Shown here piece after piece: positions 18,816 to 28,756 of a stretch of DNA of 64,000 nt; positions within the stretch are counted from its first letter, which is position 1; the number at the start of each line of letters is the position of its first letter. Location of the stretch: positions 1 to 64,000 of the forward strand of contig CAXGAI010000009.1 in assembly GCA_964007735.1 (NCBI GenBank), given 5' to 3'. The notes below the pieces were generated by a model. The model was not told where the DNA came from, did no database searches, and saw only the letters and a list, made by a program, of their open reading frames with translations. Both the position numbers and the translations under genes were made by a program. This DNA is from an uncultured Rhodopirellula sp. GTDB taxonomy: Bacteria > Planctomycetota > Planctomycetia > Pirellulales > Pirellulaceae.

Positions 18816-20202
18816 AGGCTTGCAGGTTCTCTTCGCCGATGACGAAGAATCATTGCAGGAACTCATTAGTTATGAATTACCCCGCATGGGGCATTCCGTC
18901 ACCGTTTGCCCAAATGGCGAGACGGCTCTAGATGCTCTGCAACAGGATCACTATGATTGCCTGATTACCGATCTGGATATGCCTGGCATGTCCGGCATTG
19001 ATCTCATAGGAAAAGCCGGTGAACTCTCTGATGAAATCGAATGCGTGGTTCTTACAGGGAAAAGTACGGTAGAGTCTGCTATCGCCGCATTGCGTTATGG
19101 GGCATTCGACTATCTGACCAAACCGTGTAAGCTAATCGAGATTGAAGCGCTGCTTCAACGCATCGAAAGTAAACAACAGTTGGCGAGAAAAGTCAAAGCT
19201 GTCAGCCACCAGTTGCAACGAGCCGAAGGAAACAGCCAACTCCTTGGCGAAAATGTTTTAATGCAACAGGTTAAATCACTCATTAGCCGTGTAGCCCCTA
19301 CCCCATCCACGGTTTTAGTCCGCGGTGAAACCGGAACAGGTAAAGAACTGGTAGCCCGTGAAATACACAATCAAAGTGACCGGGCTGATCAACCTTTCGT
19401 AGCTGTAAATTGTGGAGCACTACCGGAGAACTTAATCGAAAGCGAACTCTTTGGACATTGCAAAGGAGCGTTCACGGGAGCTGATGCCCAGCGTACCGGC
19501 CTGTTTGAAATGGCTAACCACGGTACGATTATGCTAGATGAAATTGGTGAACTGCCTAAAGGCGTACAGGCTATCTTACTTCGTGTACTTGAAAGCGGGG
19601 AAATTCGCCGTGTTGGCGACAATCAGATATTTCACGTTGATGTCCGTGTTATCTGTGCAACCCACAGGAATTTGGAAGACATGGTTCTCAACGGTAACTT
19701 CCGTGAAGATCTACTCTTCCGTATCAATCCTTTCGAAATTCAAATTCCTTCGCTGAGACAGCGTCGTGATGATATTCCTCTATTAGCAGCTCATCTTTAT
19801 GAACGCCAACAAGGACTCGTAGGAAGCACGAAAGACAATCTTCAATACCTCAATGTGTTTACGCCGAAGGCCATCACCGCCCTCGAGACCGCCGAATGGA
19901 AAGGAAACGTACGCGAACTCGCTAACGTTATCGAACACGCTTCCATCCTGTGCGACGAATTACCAATCAGCATTCAACATCTGCCCCAGAGAATCCATAG
20001 TGGTGAAGCCACGCCACCTGTTTCAATGCCAACGGCAGACCGAATGCTTGCAGGAAAGACGCTACGCGAACTGGAAACGTGGGCAATTAGCAACGCGTTA
20101 AAGCGTCACAACGGCAACAAGCCCGACACGGCCAAAGAACTAGGTGTGTCACTCAAAACCCTCTATAACAAACTCAATAACCAGCTAGATAAATCAGCTT
20201 AA
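18781..20202 (+). CDS. Sigma54-dependent response regulator (NtrC family)
   Basis: Receiver domain (DD...DLDMP), GETGTGKE, GAFTGA and a Fis-type HTH. Confidence 0.94.
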   Translation: MSMTANKTKSPKGLQVLFADDEESLQELISYELPRMGHSVTVCPNGETALDALQQDHYDCLITDLDMPGMSGIDLIGKAGELSDEIECVVLTGKSTVESAIAALRYGAFDYLTKPCKLIEIEALLQRIESKQQLARKVKAVSHQLQRAEGNSQLLGENVLMQQVKSLISRVAPTPSTVLVRGETGTGKELVAREIHNQSDRADQPFVAVNCGALPENLIESELFGHCKGAFTGADAQRTGLFEMANHGTIMLDEIGELPKGVQAILLRVLESGEIRRVGDNQIFHVDVRVICATHRNLEDMVLNGNFREDLLFRINPFEIQIPSLRQRRDDIPLLAAHLYERQQGLVGSTKDNLQYLNVFTPKAITALETAEWKGNVRELANVIEHASILCDELPISIQHLPQRIHSGEATPPVSMPTADRMLAGKTLRELETWAISNALKRHNGNKPDTAKELGVSLKTLYNKLNNQLDKSA

Positions 20203-20216
20203 TAATCTCATGTTGA

Positions 20217-20819
20217 TTAAATCTGGCGGATCACGCCAACCACAACCCCCAAAACGCTAGCGTTAGAAACGTAAATCGGATCCATCGATGAATTGGCGGG
20301 CTGCAACCGGATACGGTTCTTCTCTGGATGCCAATACTTCAGTGTCGCTTCCCCTCCCTCGGTTTGAGCGACCACCATTTCCCCATCCGTGGCATTCGTT
20401 TGGGTCTTCACGACCACATAGTCACCATCCGAAATGTGAGCTTCAATCATTGAGTCACCACTGACTTGCAGCACAAATTGTTCATTTCCATTAAACATAT
20501 CGCTGAAGTCGATCCGGTCACTCTGCTCAAAAGCCAAATTGGTAGGCCCGGCAGCCACTACCCCTGCCAGTGGTAAGCCGCGTTGCTCCTCTAAAGCTTC
20601 AGGCGTGAGTTCGATAGCTCGTGACTTATTCTTATCACGCAGAATAAACCCTTTCTTTTCCAATGCTCTCAAATGCCCCATAACACCGTTGGGGGATTTG
20701 ATGTCAAACGCATCAGCAATTTCTCGTACCGTCGGACCATATCCACGATCAAGGATCTTATCTCGGATAAATTCATAAACTGATAGCTGGCGTGCAGTAA
20801 GCGTATCTGTTGGGGCCAT
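20217..20819 (-). CDS. lexA: SOS repressor LexA
   Basis: GYGPTVREI wHTH, Ala-Gly cleavage site (VAAG), catalytic GDSM serine and ATLK lysine. Confidence 0.94.
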   Translation of the reverse strand: MAPTDTLTARQLSVYEFIRDKILDRGYGPTVREIADAFDIKSPNGVMGHLRALEKKGFILRDKNKSRAIELTPEALEEQRGLPLAGVVAAGPTNLAFEQSDRIDFSDMFNGNEQFVLQVSGDSMIEAHISDGDYVVVKTQTNATDGEMVVAQTEGGEATLKYWHPEKNRIRLQPANSSMDPIYVSNASVLGVVVGVIRQI

Positions 20820-20880
20820 CCTAAGCTTCACTCCGTTTTGCTAGGGGTAAGCAATAATCTAATGCTCTTATCGACATTAT

Positions 20881-20898
20881 AGTGCACATCTGTACACT
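20881..20898. promoter_or_regulatory. Candidate LexA operator AGTGCAC-ATCT-GTACACT
   Basis: 7-bp inverted repeat with one mismatch and an N4 spacer, directly adjoining a minus-strand TATAAT (20876-20881) upstream of lexA. Confidence 0.6.
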
Positions 20899-20916
20899 GA
20901 TGGTAGCGGGAATCAT

Positions 20917-20963
20917 AAAAAAACACCACGATTGCTCCGGAGAATATTGGACCAATCGCGGTG
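20917..20963 (-). terminator. Rho-independent terminator after galM
   Basis: CACCACGATTG...CAATCGCGGTG stem followed by a T7 run on the minus strand. Confidence 0.6.
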
Positions 20964-20995
20964 GTTGCTTTAATATTTAACCGCTATTAAAAATC

Positions 20996-22120
20996 TTAGT
21001 CTTCAACACTAAACTCATGAATTGTCACATGATGATACTTCTGGTTAGGTTCAAGAATTGTCGTCGGAAAGGACTTAATGTTTGGTGAGTTGGGATAGTG
21101 TTGCGTTTCCAGACAGAACAAAGTTTGATAATCGTTACCGCCGCTGCCCTCATCACCAGTCAAAAAGTTTCCTGAATAGAATTGAAGGCCTATCTGATCC
21201 GTATAAATCTTCATCATGCGACCTGATTTTGGCTCTTTCACAGTTGCTGCTAAAGCCATCTTCCCATTTTGATTACGTAGTGCAAAGCAATGATCATATC
21301 CGTTGGGATCCAGATTGTTCTGTTCGATTCGAGCACCTATCTTATGGAATTTTTTGAAGTCTAATGGCGTGCCCTGTACGTCATTAAATTCTCCGGTTGG
21401 GATAAGATCTTCATCAACCTCCAGAGATTTATCTGCTTCCACTTTCAACAGGTGATTGTGAATCGTACCGCTTCCAACACCGCCAAGGTTCCAGTAATTA
21501 TGGTTGGTCAGGTTAATTGGAGTCGCGGCATCTGTTTCTGCCTGCAAATCGACTACAAGTTCATTCCTGTTCGTTAACAAGTAAGTCGCTTTAATCGCCA
21601 GATTACCTGGGTAACCTTCTTCACCGTCTTCACTTAGATAGCTAAATTCAACACCTTTAGCTCCGCCTCGCTTTACCGGAGTGCCTGTCCAAACAACTTT
21701 GTCGTAACCCTGTTCCCCGCCATGCAAGTGATGATCACCATTATTTTGAGCCAGCGTATATTCTTTATTGCCGATTGAGAATTTCCCGTTAGCGATACGA
21801 TTACAAAAACGGCCAACCGTAGATCCGAAATACGGGCTCCCTGCCAGATAGCTGTCCAGATTATCAAACCCAGCATTAATGTTTGCTAACTTTCCATGGC
21901 GATCAGGAGTTTCCACGGACACAACGATTGCCCCATAATTAGTCATTTTGACAGTCAGGCCGTTCTTATTACTGAACGTATACAAACTAACTTCCTGACC
22001 TTCTGGAGTTTTACCCCAGGCTTCCACTTCGACTCCAGATTTACCTGCTCCCTGCAGGAATCCAGTCACGGTTAAACATAGAAAGGCAATCAAGCCTAAC
22101 AAGCGAGAACGATAACGCAT
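20996..22120 (-). CDS. galM: Aldose 1-epimerase (mutarotase), exported
   Basis: GRFCNRI, HLHGG, EEGYPG, NLTNHNYWNL and CLETQ motifs; N-terminal signal peptide. Confidence 0.92.
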   Translation of the reverse strand: MRYRSRLLGLIAFLCLTVTGFLQGAGKSGVEVEAWGKTPEGQEVSLYTFSNKNGLTVKMTNYGAIVVSVETPDRHGKLANINAGFDNLDSYLAGSPYFGSTVGRFCNRIANGKFSIGNKEYTLAQNNGDHHLHGGEQGYDKVVWTGTPVKRGGAKGVEFSYLSEDGEEGYPGNLAIKATYLLTNRNELVVDLQAETDAATPINLTNHNYWNLGGVGSGTIHNHLLKVEADKSLEVDEDLIPTGEFNDVQGTPLDFKKFHKIGARIEQNNLDPNGYDHCFALRNQNGKMALAATVKEPKSGRMMKIYTDQIGLQFYSGNFLTGDEGSGGNDYQTLFCLETQHYPNSPNIKSFPTTILEPNQKYHHVTIHEFSVED

Positions 22121-22287
22121 CAATCTACTCCTTGATACACGGTGTGTTTATCGGGACCACAAAACAATCCCGTTAATGATTTAGCAATGAGCTTTCATTA
22201 TCGGTAGCAAGCCGCGTGGAATCAATGCTTGGTCCATCCGCATCTCTATCGCTTTTAGCTTCACGCAATAAGATGCATAACTCGTGA

Positions 22288-23037
22288 TTAGAGAAGGCTC
22301 TCAAGCAGAAGTCGCATTTTTCGCATTTCAGCAGAATGTTCAATACCAGGCATTTCGACAACATCCACACATAGGGCCCGACGATATCCCAGAGCACTCA
22401 GTTGTGAAATGATCTTCCCGTAATCAACTTCACCCTGTCCAACTTTAACCTGAAACTCTGTAGGGCTTGTATCACGCAAATAGACGTGACCCACATAGGC
22501 TTGAACCTTATCGGAGTCTTTACCAGCATCTGGGCCACAAATGTAAATCGTCGGATCGAATGCCAACCCTAAATTTTCGACATTGTCACAAAGCACTTTA
22601 ATTGTATCCGGATCAGAAGCTTGTCGGCCACTCTCATTGCGAATACAAACTTTGGCACCATAATCATTAGCAATTTCGACCAAACGTCGTAGATGTTCAA
22701 CTTCTTCGTTAAACGGAGTTCCCAGCTCAGCCGAAGGAACGTTGAGGGTCACCACTTTAGAAATTCTGGCCAACTCGCAAATCGCTTCAAATTGCTGGTA
22801 ATGCAGATCACCCACCGCTCCGATCTCCACATAGAAACTAGTCACTTCTAATCGGTGAGATTTGCGCAGAATCGCATGTGCTTCATTGCGGTCACGAGCC
22901 ACATCTGCTGGTGTGATATGGCTACTATCATCAGTAATCGCAATTTCAACTGCGGTATATTCCAAATCCGCAATTCGCTGTAACGCTTCACTCAGAGATA
23001 AATCTGAAAAACTGGCTGTAGTCGCGGCTACGATCAA
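22288..23037 (-). CDS. Sugar phosphate isomerase/epimerase-like TIM-barrel protein
   Basis: GLAFDP, HVYLRD, GQGEVDY and LGYR motifs of xylose-isomerase-like barrels. Confidence 0.75.
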   Translation of the reverse strand: MIVAATTASFSDLSLSEALQRIADLEYTAVEIAITDDSSHITPADVARDRNEAHAILRKSHRLEVTSFYVEIGAVGDLHYQQFEAICELARISKVVTLNVPSAELGTPFNEEVEHLRRLVEIANDYGAKVCIRNESGRQASDPDTIKVLCDNVENLGLAFDPTIYICGPDAGKDSDKVQAYVGHVYLRDTSPTEFQVKVGQGEVDYGKIISQLSALGYRRALCVDVVEMPGIEHSAEMRKMRLLLESLL

Positions 23038-23225
23038 AATGTCGCTCCTTCTCCGTATGTCTTTACATCTAGGGAGTTATTTGATTTTGGTTGGATATCT
23101 GGATATAGAATACGAATTCAACTCGGTTGAAGACAACACCGAAGCGCCGGGATAAGAAAGATTTAGACTGTTTTCCGACAGATTTCATCCATTTCAATTT
23201 TGGGCGTACCATCTGTCTGGAATGA

Positions 23226-24167
23226 TCAATCAGACAACTGCTCCGTTGGTGCTAGCAGCCGCTTGATTACCTCAGGCATTCGATATTGGAAATAGAACCG
23301 ACGCAACATAGGAATCATACTGGCGGGCTGTTGACGATCTAGAACCTCGCGATCTTCTCGGGACATCTCGTTCTTATAGAATTCCAATAGTTCATCATCC
23401 GAAACACCCTGCATACTTTGAGCTACAAAGGAGTAATAACCCCAACGTAGAAGTAGTTGGAGCCGCTGTTGATCAGATTCTGCCGAGGCGTAAAATAACT
23501 GGGACGTTTCTGAAAGAGTACCCATCAGATTGGTGACATCGGATTGCCAATCCTCAAACCAATCATGCCACTTCATATCTCCTTGTTCTCGAAGAAGAGA
23601 AAGAAGAATAATCGTGCCACGTTGCCTTGTATCCGTCGTTTGCTTAATAATTCCCTGAGCTACCTTATCCTCAATTGATTTACCTAACTCCGCCAGATTC
23701 TCAGTTTGACGATCCAGCCAACCGTTATACCATCGCCCAACCTGAACCAGATCATCATGTTTTAAATTCGTATCCAAAAGTTCTTTGAATCGTTGCTCCT
23801 GCTCCTGACTGACCAATTGGACAACCTCCTGCAAGCGTTGCTCCAGAGGCATCGCCAGAATACGCTCACGCAGGCCGTCGTCTAAATCCAAAAGCCATTT
23901 ATTATAGGCAATCATCACTTTACGTAGACGCTGCTGGTTTGGAGCAGCATTGAGCTTTGCGTTGAATTCACGATAGCCGGATTTCTTTTCTTCACTAAGC
24001 TGATTGAATCGCACCTTCTTTTGCTGTAATTCATTTCTCTGTTTTGGAGGGAGTTGTTGTAACTCTTCTACCGTTTTAGGCAAAGGTTGCTGGCTAAGAA
24101 TCGACGGTAGGCTAATCATCGCCAGCATCAATACTATTAGTGGGAGCACATTCCATTTATTCTTCAT
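23226..24167 (-). CDS. Exported helical protein (DUF3106-like) of the ECF operon
   Basis: Signal/TM segment and L[PS]xE[QK]R-type helical repeats; overlaps the anti-sigma stop. Confidence 0.55.
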   Translation of the reverse strand: MKNKWNVLPLIVLMLAMISLPSILSQQPLPKTVEELQQLPPKQRNELQQKKVRFNQLSEEKKSGYREFNAKLNAAPNQQRLRKVMIAYNKWLLDLDDGLRERILAMPLEQRLQEVVQLVSQEQEQRFKELLDTNLKHDDLVQVGRWYNGWLDRQTENLAELGKSIEDKVAQGIIKQTTDTRQRGTIILLSLLREQGDMKWHDWFEDWQSDVTNLMGTLSETSQLFYASAESDQQRLQLLLRWGYYSFVAQSMQGVSDDELLEFYKNEMSREDREVLDRQQPASMIPMLRRFYFQYRMPEVIKRLLAPTEQLSD

Positions 24168-24696
24168 CGGATAACTCCTCTAGATGAAAAACATCAGCCT
24201 TTTCTAAATCCTGCAAAAATTGGAAGTCTTCGGTCAATCGATACTGATCAAACTCTGAAATTACCTCCAAATCTTCAAGTAACTGACGATGTTCTCGACC
24301 AAAGAACCAATCCCCAAGAAACAAACCCAAAATTGCCGCGGAGACCGTTATGACCACTCGAATGAAAAGTGTCTTATGTTTTCCCGGACGCGACCACTGT
24401 TGTGTTTCTTTCAATTCCTGACGAGCACTTAAGGCGACGAATTCAACTGTACTGCGAGTAAATCCTTCATCACGGCTCAATCGTGGCAGTTCATCCAATA
24501 GATCCCAGGCCTGCTGCAGCTGTTGTAACCGCAATTGATATTCCGGGTCAGCACTTAATCGACGTTCTATTTCTCGGTTAGTCTCATCATCCAGTTCACC
24601 ATCTAAATAAGCCACCAGTTGCTGACCTTCTCGTTCGGCAAGATCAGATTCCAGCAAGTCATTTTTTTCCAGGTCTTCATTAAATTCTGCCATCAC
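24157..24696 (-). CDS. Membrane anti-sigma factor
   Basis: LVAYLDGEL anti-sigma domain and a single TM; translationally coupled to the ECF sigma. Confidence 0.8.
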   Translation of the reverse strand: MMAEFNEDLEKNDLLESDLAEREGQQLVAYLDGELDDETNREIERRLSADPEYQLRLQQLQQAWDLLDELPRLSRDEGFTRSTVEFVALSARQELKETQQWSRPGKHKTLFIRVVITVSAAILGLFLGDWFFGREHRQLLEDLEVISEFDQYRLTEDFQFLQDLEKADVFHLEELSDEE

Positions 24697-25388
24697 TATC
24701 TCTCCTCTCCTTGTTGTTCCTGATCAGACTCCTCGATCAATGACTCCCCAACTGATTCTGGCAAAACACCATCCTGAATATACGGCAACAAGATATCTTT
24801 GAGATTCACTCGAGCCCGAGATAGCAAACTCTTAATCGCTGACAGGCTTAAATCCATCGCATTTGCGATTTCCTCGTAGCTCATTCCTTCAAACTTTGAA
24901 AGCAATAAGGCCATACGTTGGCGTTCATTTAGCGTTTCCATCGCGGCGCGGACAATCTGAGCACGTTCGGCTTTATCCAATTGTCGTGTGGGCATCAGTC
25001 CACTTGCTTCTTTCACCATATGAGTTAAAGGTTGTGCAGACAATTCAGCATCTGAAGCAGCAACGACATTGACTTCTTTTCTTCGAGCCAGACTTCTGCG
25101 GGCGTTGCTCGCAACATTGTGAGCTATTCGATAAAGCCATGTTGAAAATCTGGAGCCCGCCGTATAACGTTTGCGGGCTCGATAGATACGCAAAAAGACT
25201 TCCTGGGCCAAATCTTCTGCCATACTACGGCGGCCAACCATATTTTCAAAAATAGAAACCAAACGTACCTGATAACGGGAGACAAGTTCTTCAAAGGCTG
25301 CTGCATTATCATCGCGCACCTGCAGCATGAGCCGGACATCCGGATCCAATTCAGCGTAGTCGACCGTGGAATCTTTGGTTTTGTTCAA
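24696..25388 (-). CDS. ECF RNA polymerase sigma factor
   Basis: AEDLAQEVF, FSTWLYRIAHN and MSYEEIA...KSLLSRAR motifs. Confidence 0.93.
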   Translation of the reverse strand: MNKTKDSTVDYAELDPDVRLMLQVRDDNAAAFEELVSRYQVRLVSIFENMVGRRSMAEDLAQEVFLRIYRARKRYTAGSRFSTWLYRIAHNVASNARRSLARRKEVNVVAASDAELSAQPLTHMVKEASGLMPTRQLDKAERAQIVRAAMETLNERQRMALLLSKFEGMSYEEIANAMDLSLSAIKSLLSRARVNLKDILLPYIQDGVLPESVGESLIEESDQEQQGEER

Positions 25389-25501
25389 ATTCGCGTACTG
25401 GGGCCAAACAAAGTAAGTAACCGGAGTTCAGTTTAATTGAATGCTACAAGCAAACAAAAGCAGGATTCTGTAATCACAGAAGATATAACACACAGTTCTG
25501 C

Positions 25502-25774
25502 CTAAGAGTTTCGCTGTTGTTTCTTGTCATCCATATATTTTTTACGCATAGATGAATATTCCTCCCGATCCGGCAACTCACTGGCCGTATTTCCTGATTG
25601 ATCTGCCTGATCAAACAAGCGTTGCAAAAAAGGCCGACACCATCCACAACCGGTACCCGCCCCAAAACATTCGCTAATCTGTGATGCACGGCGCGGCTTT
25701 TCTACTCGTATATAATTAGTAACTTTACGTTTCGTGATATGAAAACACAGACATAACTCATCATCAGGTTGCAT
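25502..25774 (-). CDS. BFD-like [2Fe-2S] protein
   Basis: CLCFH...GAGTGCGWC motif; start placed at MQPDDELC. Confidence 0.82.
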   Translation of the reverse strand: MQPDDELCLCFHITKRKVTNYIRVEKPRRASQISECFGAGTGCGWCRPFLQRLFDQADQSGNTASELPDREEYSSMRKKYMDDKKQQRNS

Positions 25775-25778
25775 CACG

Positions 25779-26981
25779 TTAACCCTCTGCGCCAAGAGAA
25801 ATTGCCAAACCAATGTCACAGGCAATTAAATACTCTTTTAGGTTCAACGTCTCAGTCACCATGTGAGCATTCAACTGGCCGCAGCCCATAGAAACCGTCG
25901 GTACGCCATGCTTCGTGATCCAGTTGGCATCCAACCCGCCATCTGCAATGGCAGGCAAAGGCTCATAATTCAATGACCTGATGACACTCGACGCGATCTG
26001 CACACAGGGTTCTTTGGGGCTAAGCTTAAAAGAATCGTAATCCAGGAATCCTTCAATCTCGACACTTCCTCGTTCCCCTTCCACATTCTTAATTTTCTTT
26101 ACTGCTCGCTCAAATGCTTTTTCAATTTCTCGCACAATTCGTTTTCTAAAGTTGGAATTATGACTTCTTGCTTCTGCTCTAACATAAACATGATCGGTAA
26201 CAACATTCGTGGCATCGCCCCCCCGTACGATACCCACATTAGAAGTGCCCGTTTGCTTCCCTTTTTTGATCGCTCCGTGCCAACCATTTTCCTGCAAATC
26301 AGCAATTGCCAAAGATGCAATCGCTATGGCACTTACTCCGCGTTCTGGGCAAACACCTGCATGGGAGGCAATCCCTTGCACATTGATGGTCATCCGGTAG
26401 CCTCCTGTCGCTCCCACCGTCATCTTCACTGGTGAACCACCATCCCAGTTAAAGGCCAGCTCCGGATTTCCAAACAAACTGGTTGTGGCGTGTCGGGATC
26501 CCTGAAGTCCGACCTCTTCCTGTACAAACCAGGTGAAGGTCAAAGGAGGGTGTTCCAGACCCCGCCGTAAGATTTCCAATGCTGTCGATAAAACGACCCC
26601 GCAGCCAGCTCGATTATCAGCTCCCAAACCGGTATGCTTATCCATCGACGTCACTCTCATACCTACCCGTTTCGGGCGACAGCCTTCACAGATAGGGACC
26701 GTATCCATATGAGCACTCAGCATGCGCCGAGGTGCTTTATATGTCCCCGATAATTTAAACACTAAATTTCCCACCTCACCTTTGATCCGGGTCTTGCGAT
26801 GTGAGGTATCCGTGCGAATCGCCTTTGGATCCGCACCCGCATCCACTAACTGGTTACGGATATATTCAGCAATCTGCTGCTCCTCACCGCTCTTACCCGG
26901 AATCGCCATCATCTCAATCACCTGACTGATGAGAGCTTCTTTTTCCTTTTTTGTTCTTTTGGGAATCTGGATTTCCGCCAC
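25779..26981 (-). CDS. M20 family metallopeptidase (peptidase T-like)
   Basis: AHMDTV, LGADNRAG, QEEVG and GGLDAN motifs. Confidence 0.9.
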   Translation of the reverse strand: MAEIQIPKRTKKEKEALISQVIEMMAIPGKSGEEQQIAEYIRNQLVDAGADPKAIRTDTSHRKTRIKGEVGNLVFKLSGTYKAPRRMLSAHMDTVPICEGCRPKRVGMRVTSMDKHTGLGADNRAGCGVVLSTALEILRRGLEHPPLTFTWFVQEEVGLQGSRHATTSLFGNPELAFNWDGGSPVKMTVGATGGYRMTINVQGIASHAGVCPERGVSAIAIASLAIADLQENGWHGAIKKGKQTGTSNVGIVRGGDATNVVTDHVYVRAEARSHNSNFRKRIVREIEKAFERAVKKIKNVEGERGSVEIEGFLDYDSFKLSPKEPCVQIASSVIRSLNYEPLPAIADGGLDANWITKHGVPTVSMGCGQLNAHMVTETLNLKEYLIACDIGLAISLGAEG

Positions 26982-27074
26982 GATTTCATACCTTTTGAAT
27001 TAAAGCTGTGTCGATTACAAAGATGTAAGGTCATTTTATTTTACGAAGATTACGTTACTCCTGCTTCAGGGCCG

Positions 27075-27539
27075 ATGTTAATGAACTTTTTTATTGCGGG
27101 AATCATGCAAGGCTCACTGATTGATCCCAAACTACACACTCAAAACTACCGCACCCTGCTTTCTCAATGGATTACCGATGCTTTCACAGAAGCCAAGGTA
27201 TATGATCCTTTGACGGGACACAACGATTCGATCGATTACGACGATACCACGGGCAAGCGAACGTTTTATCACCACAATCATATGTGTGGTCACGAAATCG
27301 ACATTCTAATCGCGTTCGCCCCAGAAGCCTCCATGGGAACGGCCATAGAGATGTGGGAAGCATATCGAAATCGAAAAATTGTCATCACCATCAGTCCTAT
27401 GGCGCACAATTGGGTAGTAAAGTTCTGCAGCCATATGGTTTTAGAATCGCTTGAGGATTTTCAGGCGGCTTTACAAAATAACTCAATTCAACAACTAATT
27501 TCCCAACACAATCCACAGATCGATCCTTTGGCACTCTAA
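27075..27539 (+). CDS. Nucleoside 2-deoxyribosyltransferase-like protein
   Basis: FFIAG, VYDP, DILIAF and SMGTAIEMWEA (catalytic Glu) pattern. Confidence 0.65.
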   Translation: MLMNFFIAGIMQGSLIDPKLHTQNYRTLLSQWITDAFTEAKVYDPLTGHNDSIDYDDTTGKRTFYHHNHMCGHEIDILIAFAPEASMGTAIEMWEAYRNRKIVITISPMAHNWVVKFCSHMVLESLEDFQAALQNNSIQQLISQHNPQIDPLAL

Positions 27540-27546
27540 ACTAACT

Positions 27547-28596
27547 GTGACTCATATCCTGAACCCTGACAATTCGCTAAACAACTGGCTAAAGGAACAG
27601 CAATTCCCTGCCTTTCGTTCTAAACAGATCCGACGCTGGTTGTACCAGGGTCGCGCCGGATCATTTGATGACATGAGCGACCTGCCCAAGAAACTCCGTG
27701 ACCAAATAGAGAGCGATTTTACAATCTGGACTAGCCGAGTGGCGGAACATCAAACGTCCAAAGATGGTACCGAAAAACTACTGCTCGAATTAGCCGATGG
27801 TGGCCGGATTGAATGCGTCTTACTAAAAGAAGAAAACCGCCGAACGATCTGTATCAGCAGTCAAGTTGGGTGTGCCATGGGGTGTGTTTTTTGCGCTAGT
27901 GGTCTAGATGGTGTTGATCGCAACCTAACATCCGGTGAAATCATAGAACAGATGTTACGTTTACAACGGCTACTTCCTGAGGAAGAACGCCTAAGTCATA
28001 TCGTCGTGATGGGTATGGGCGAGCCACTTGCAAACCTTGACAGATTACTGCCTGCACTGGATCAGGCCAGTGCTAAAGACGGGCTAGGAATCAGCGCTCG
28101 GCGGATTACTATTTCTACCGTTGGATTACCAAAAGCGATCAAACGTCTGGCTGATCTAAACAGCCGCTATCACCTGGCTGTTTCATTACATGCCCCGAAT
28201 GACCAACTCCGAAATGAAATTGTGCCGGTCAACTCCAACATTGGCATCGACAAAATCATTGAATCCGCTGACCATTATTTTGATGTTTCCAGTCGTCGTT
28301 TAACATTTGAATATGTACTTCTCGGTGATATCAATGATCAACCAGAACATGCTCACCAATTAGCAAAGCTACTGAAATCTAGGAATGTACTGCTGAATGT
28401 CATTCCATACAATCCAGTGGCTGGATTGCCCTACCGTACACCGTCTTCTAAAACGATCAGTAAATTTCGAGCGATCTTGCTTAAATCAAGCATCAATGTT
28501 CAATTCCGTCAGCGAAAAGGCGATGATATCGACGCTGCCTGCGGGCAATTGCGGCGGAAAACTGGCGAATTACACGAGATTCAGCCACTCAATTAA
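27547..28596 (+). CDS. rlmN: 23S rRNA m2A2503 / tRNA methyltransferase (radical SAM)
   Basis: CISSQVGCAMGCVFC, MGMGEP, SLHA and DIDAACGQL motifs. Confidence 0.96.
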   Translation: MTHILNPDNSLNNWLKEQQFPAFRSKQIRRWLYQGRAGSFDDMSDLPKKLRDQIESDFTIWTSRVAEHQTSKDGTEKLLLELADGGRIECVLLKEENRRTICISSQVGCAMGCVFCASGLDGVDRNLTSGEIIEQMLRLQRLLPEEERLSHIVVMGMGEPLANLDRLLPALDQASAKDGLGISARRITISTVGLPKAIKRLADLNSRYHLAVSLHAPNDQLRNEIVPVNSNIGIDKIIESADHYFDVSSRRLTFEYVLLGDINDQPEHAHQLAKLLKSRNVLLNVIPYNPVAGLPYRTPSSKTISKFRAILLKSSINVQFRQRKGDDIDAACGQLRRKTGELHEIQPLN

Positions 28597-28756
28597 CCAA
28601 ATGGTAGGCATTACAATCAATCTGGCTTTGATTTATTTAATGTTAATTCGCTATGATAAGGTTTGTTAATGGCAGGTTTCCATTGAACCACAATAAAAGT
28701 CTGTCCCATAACCTATCTAAAGATGGGTTTTTCGTGCCTCCATCCATAAGAATCAA

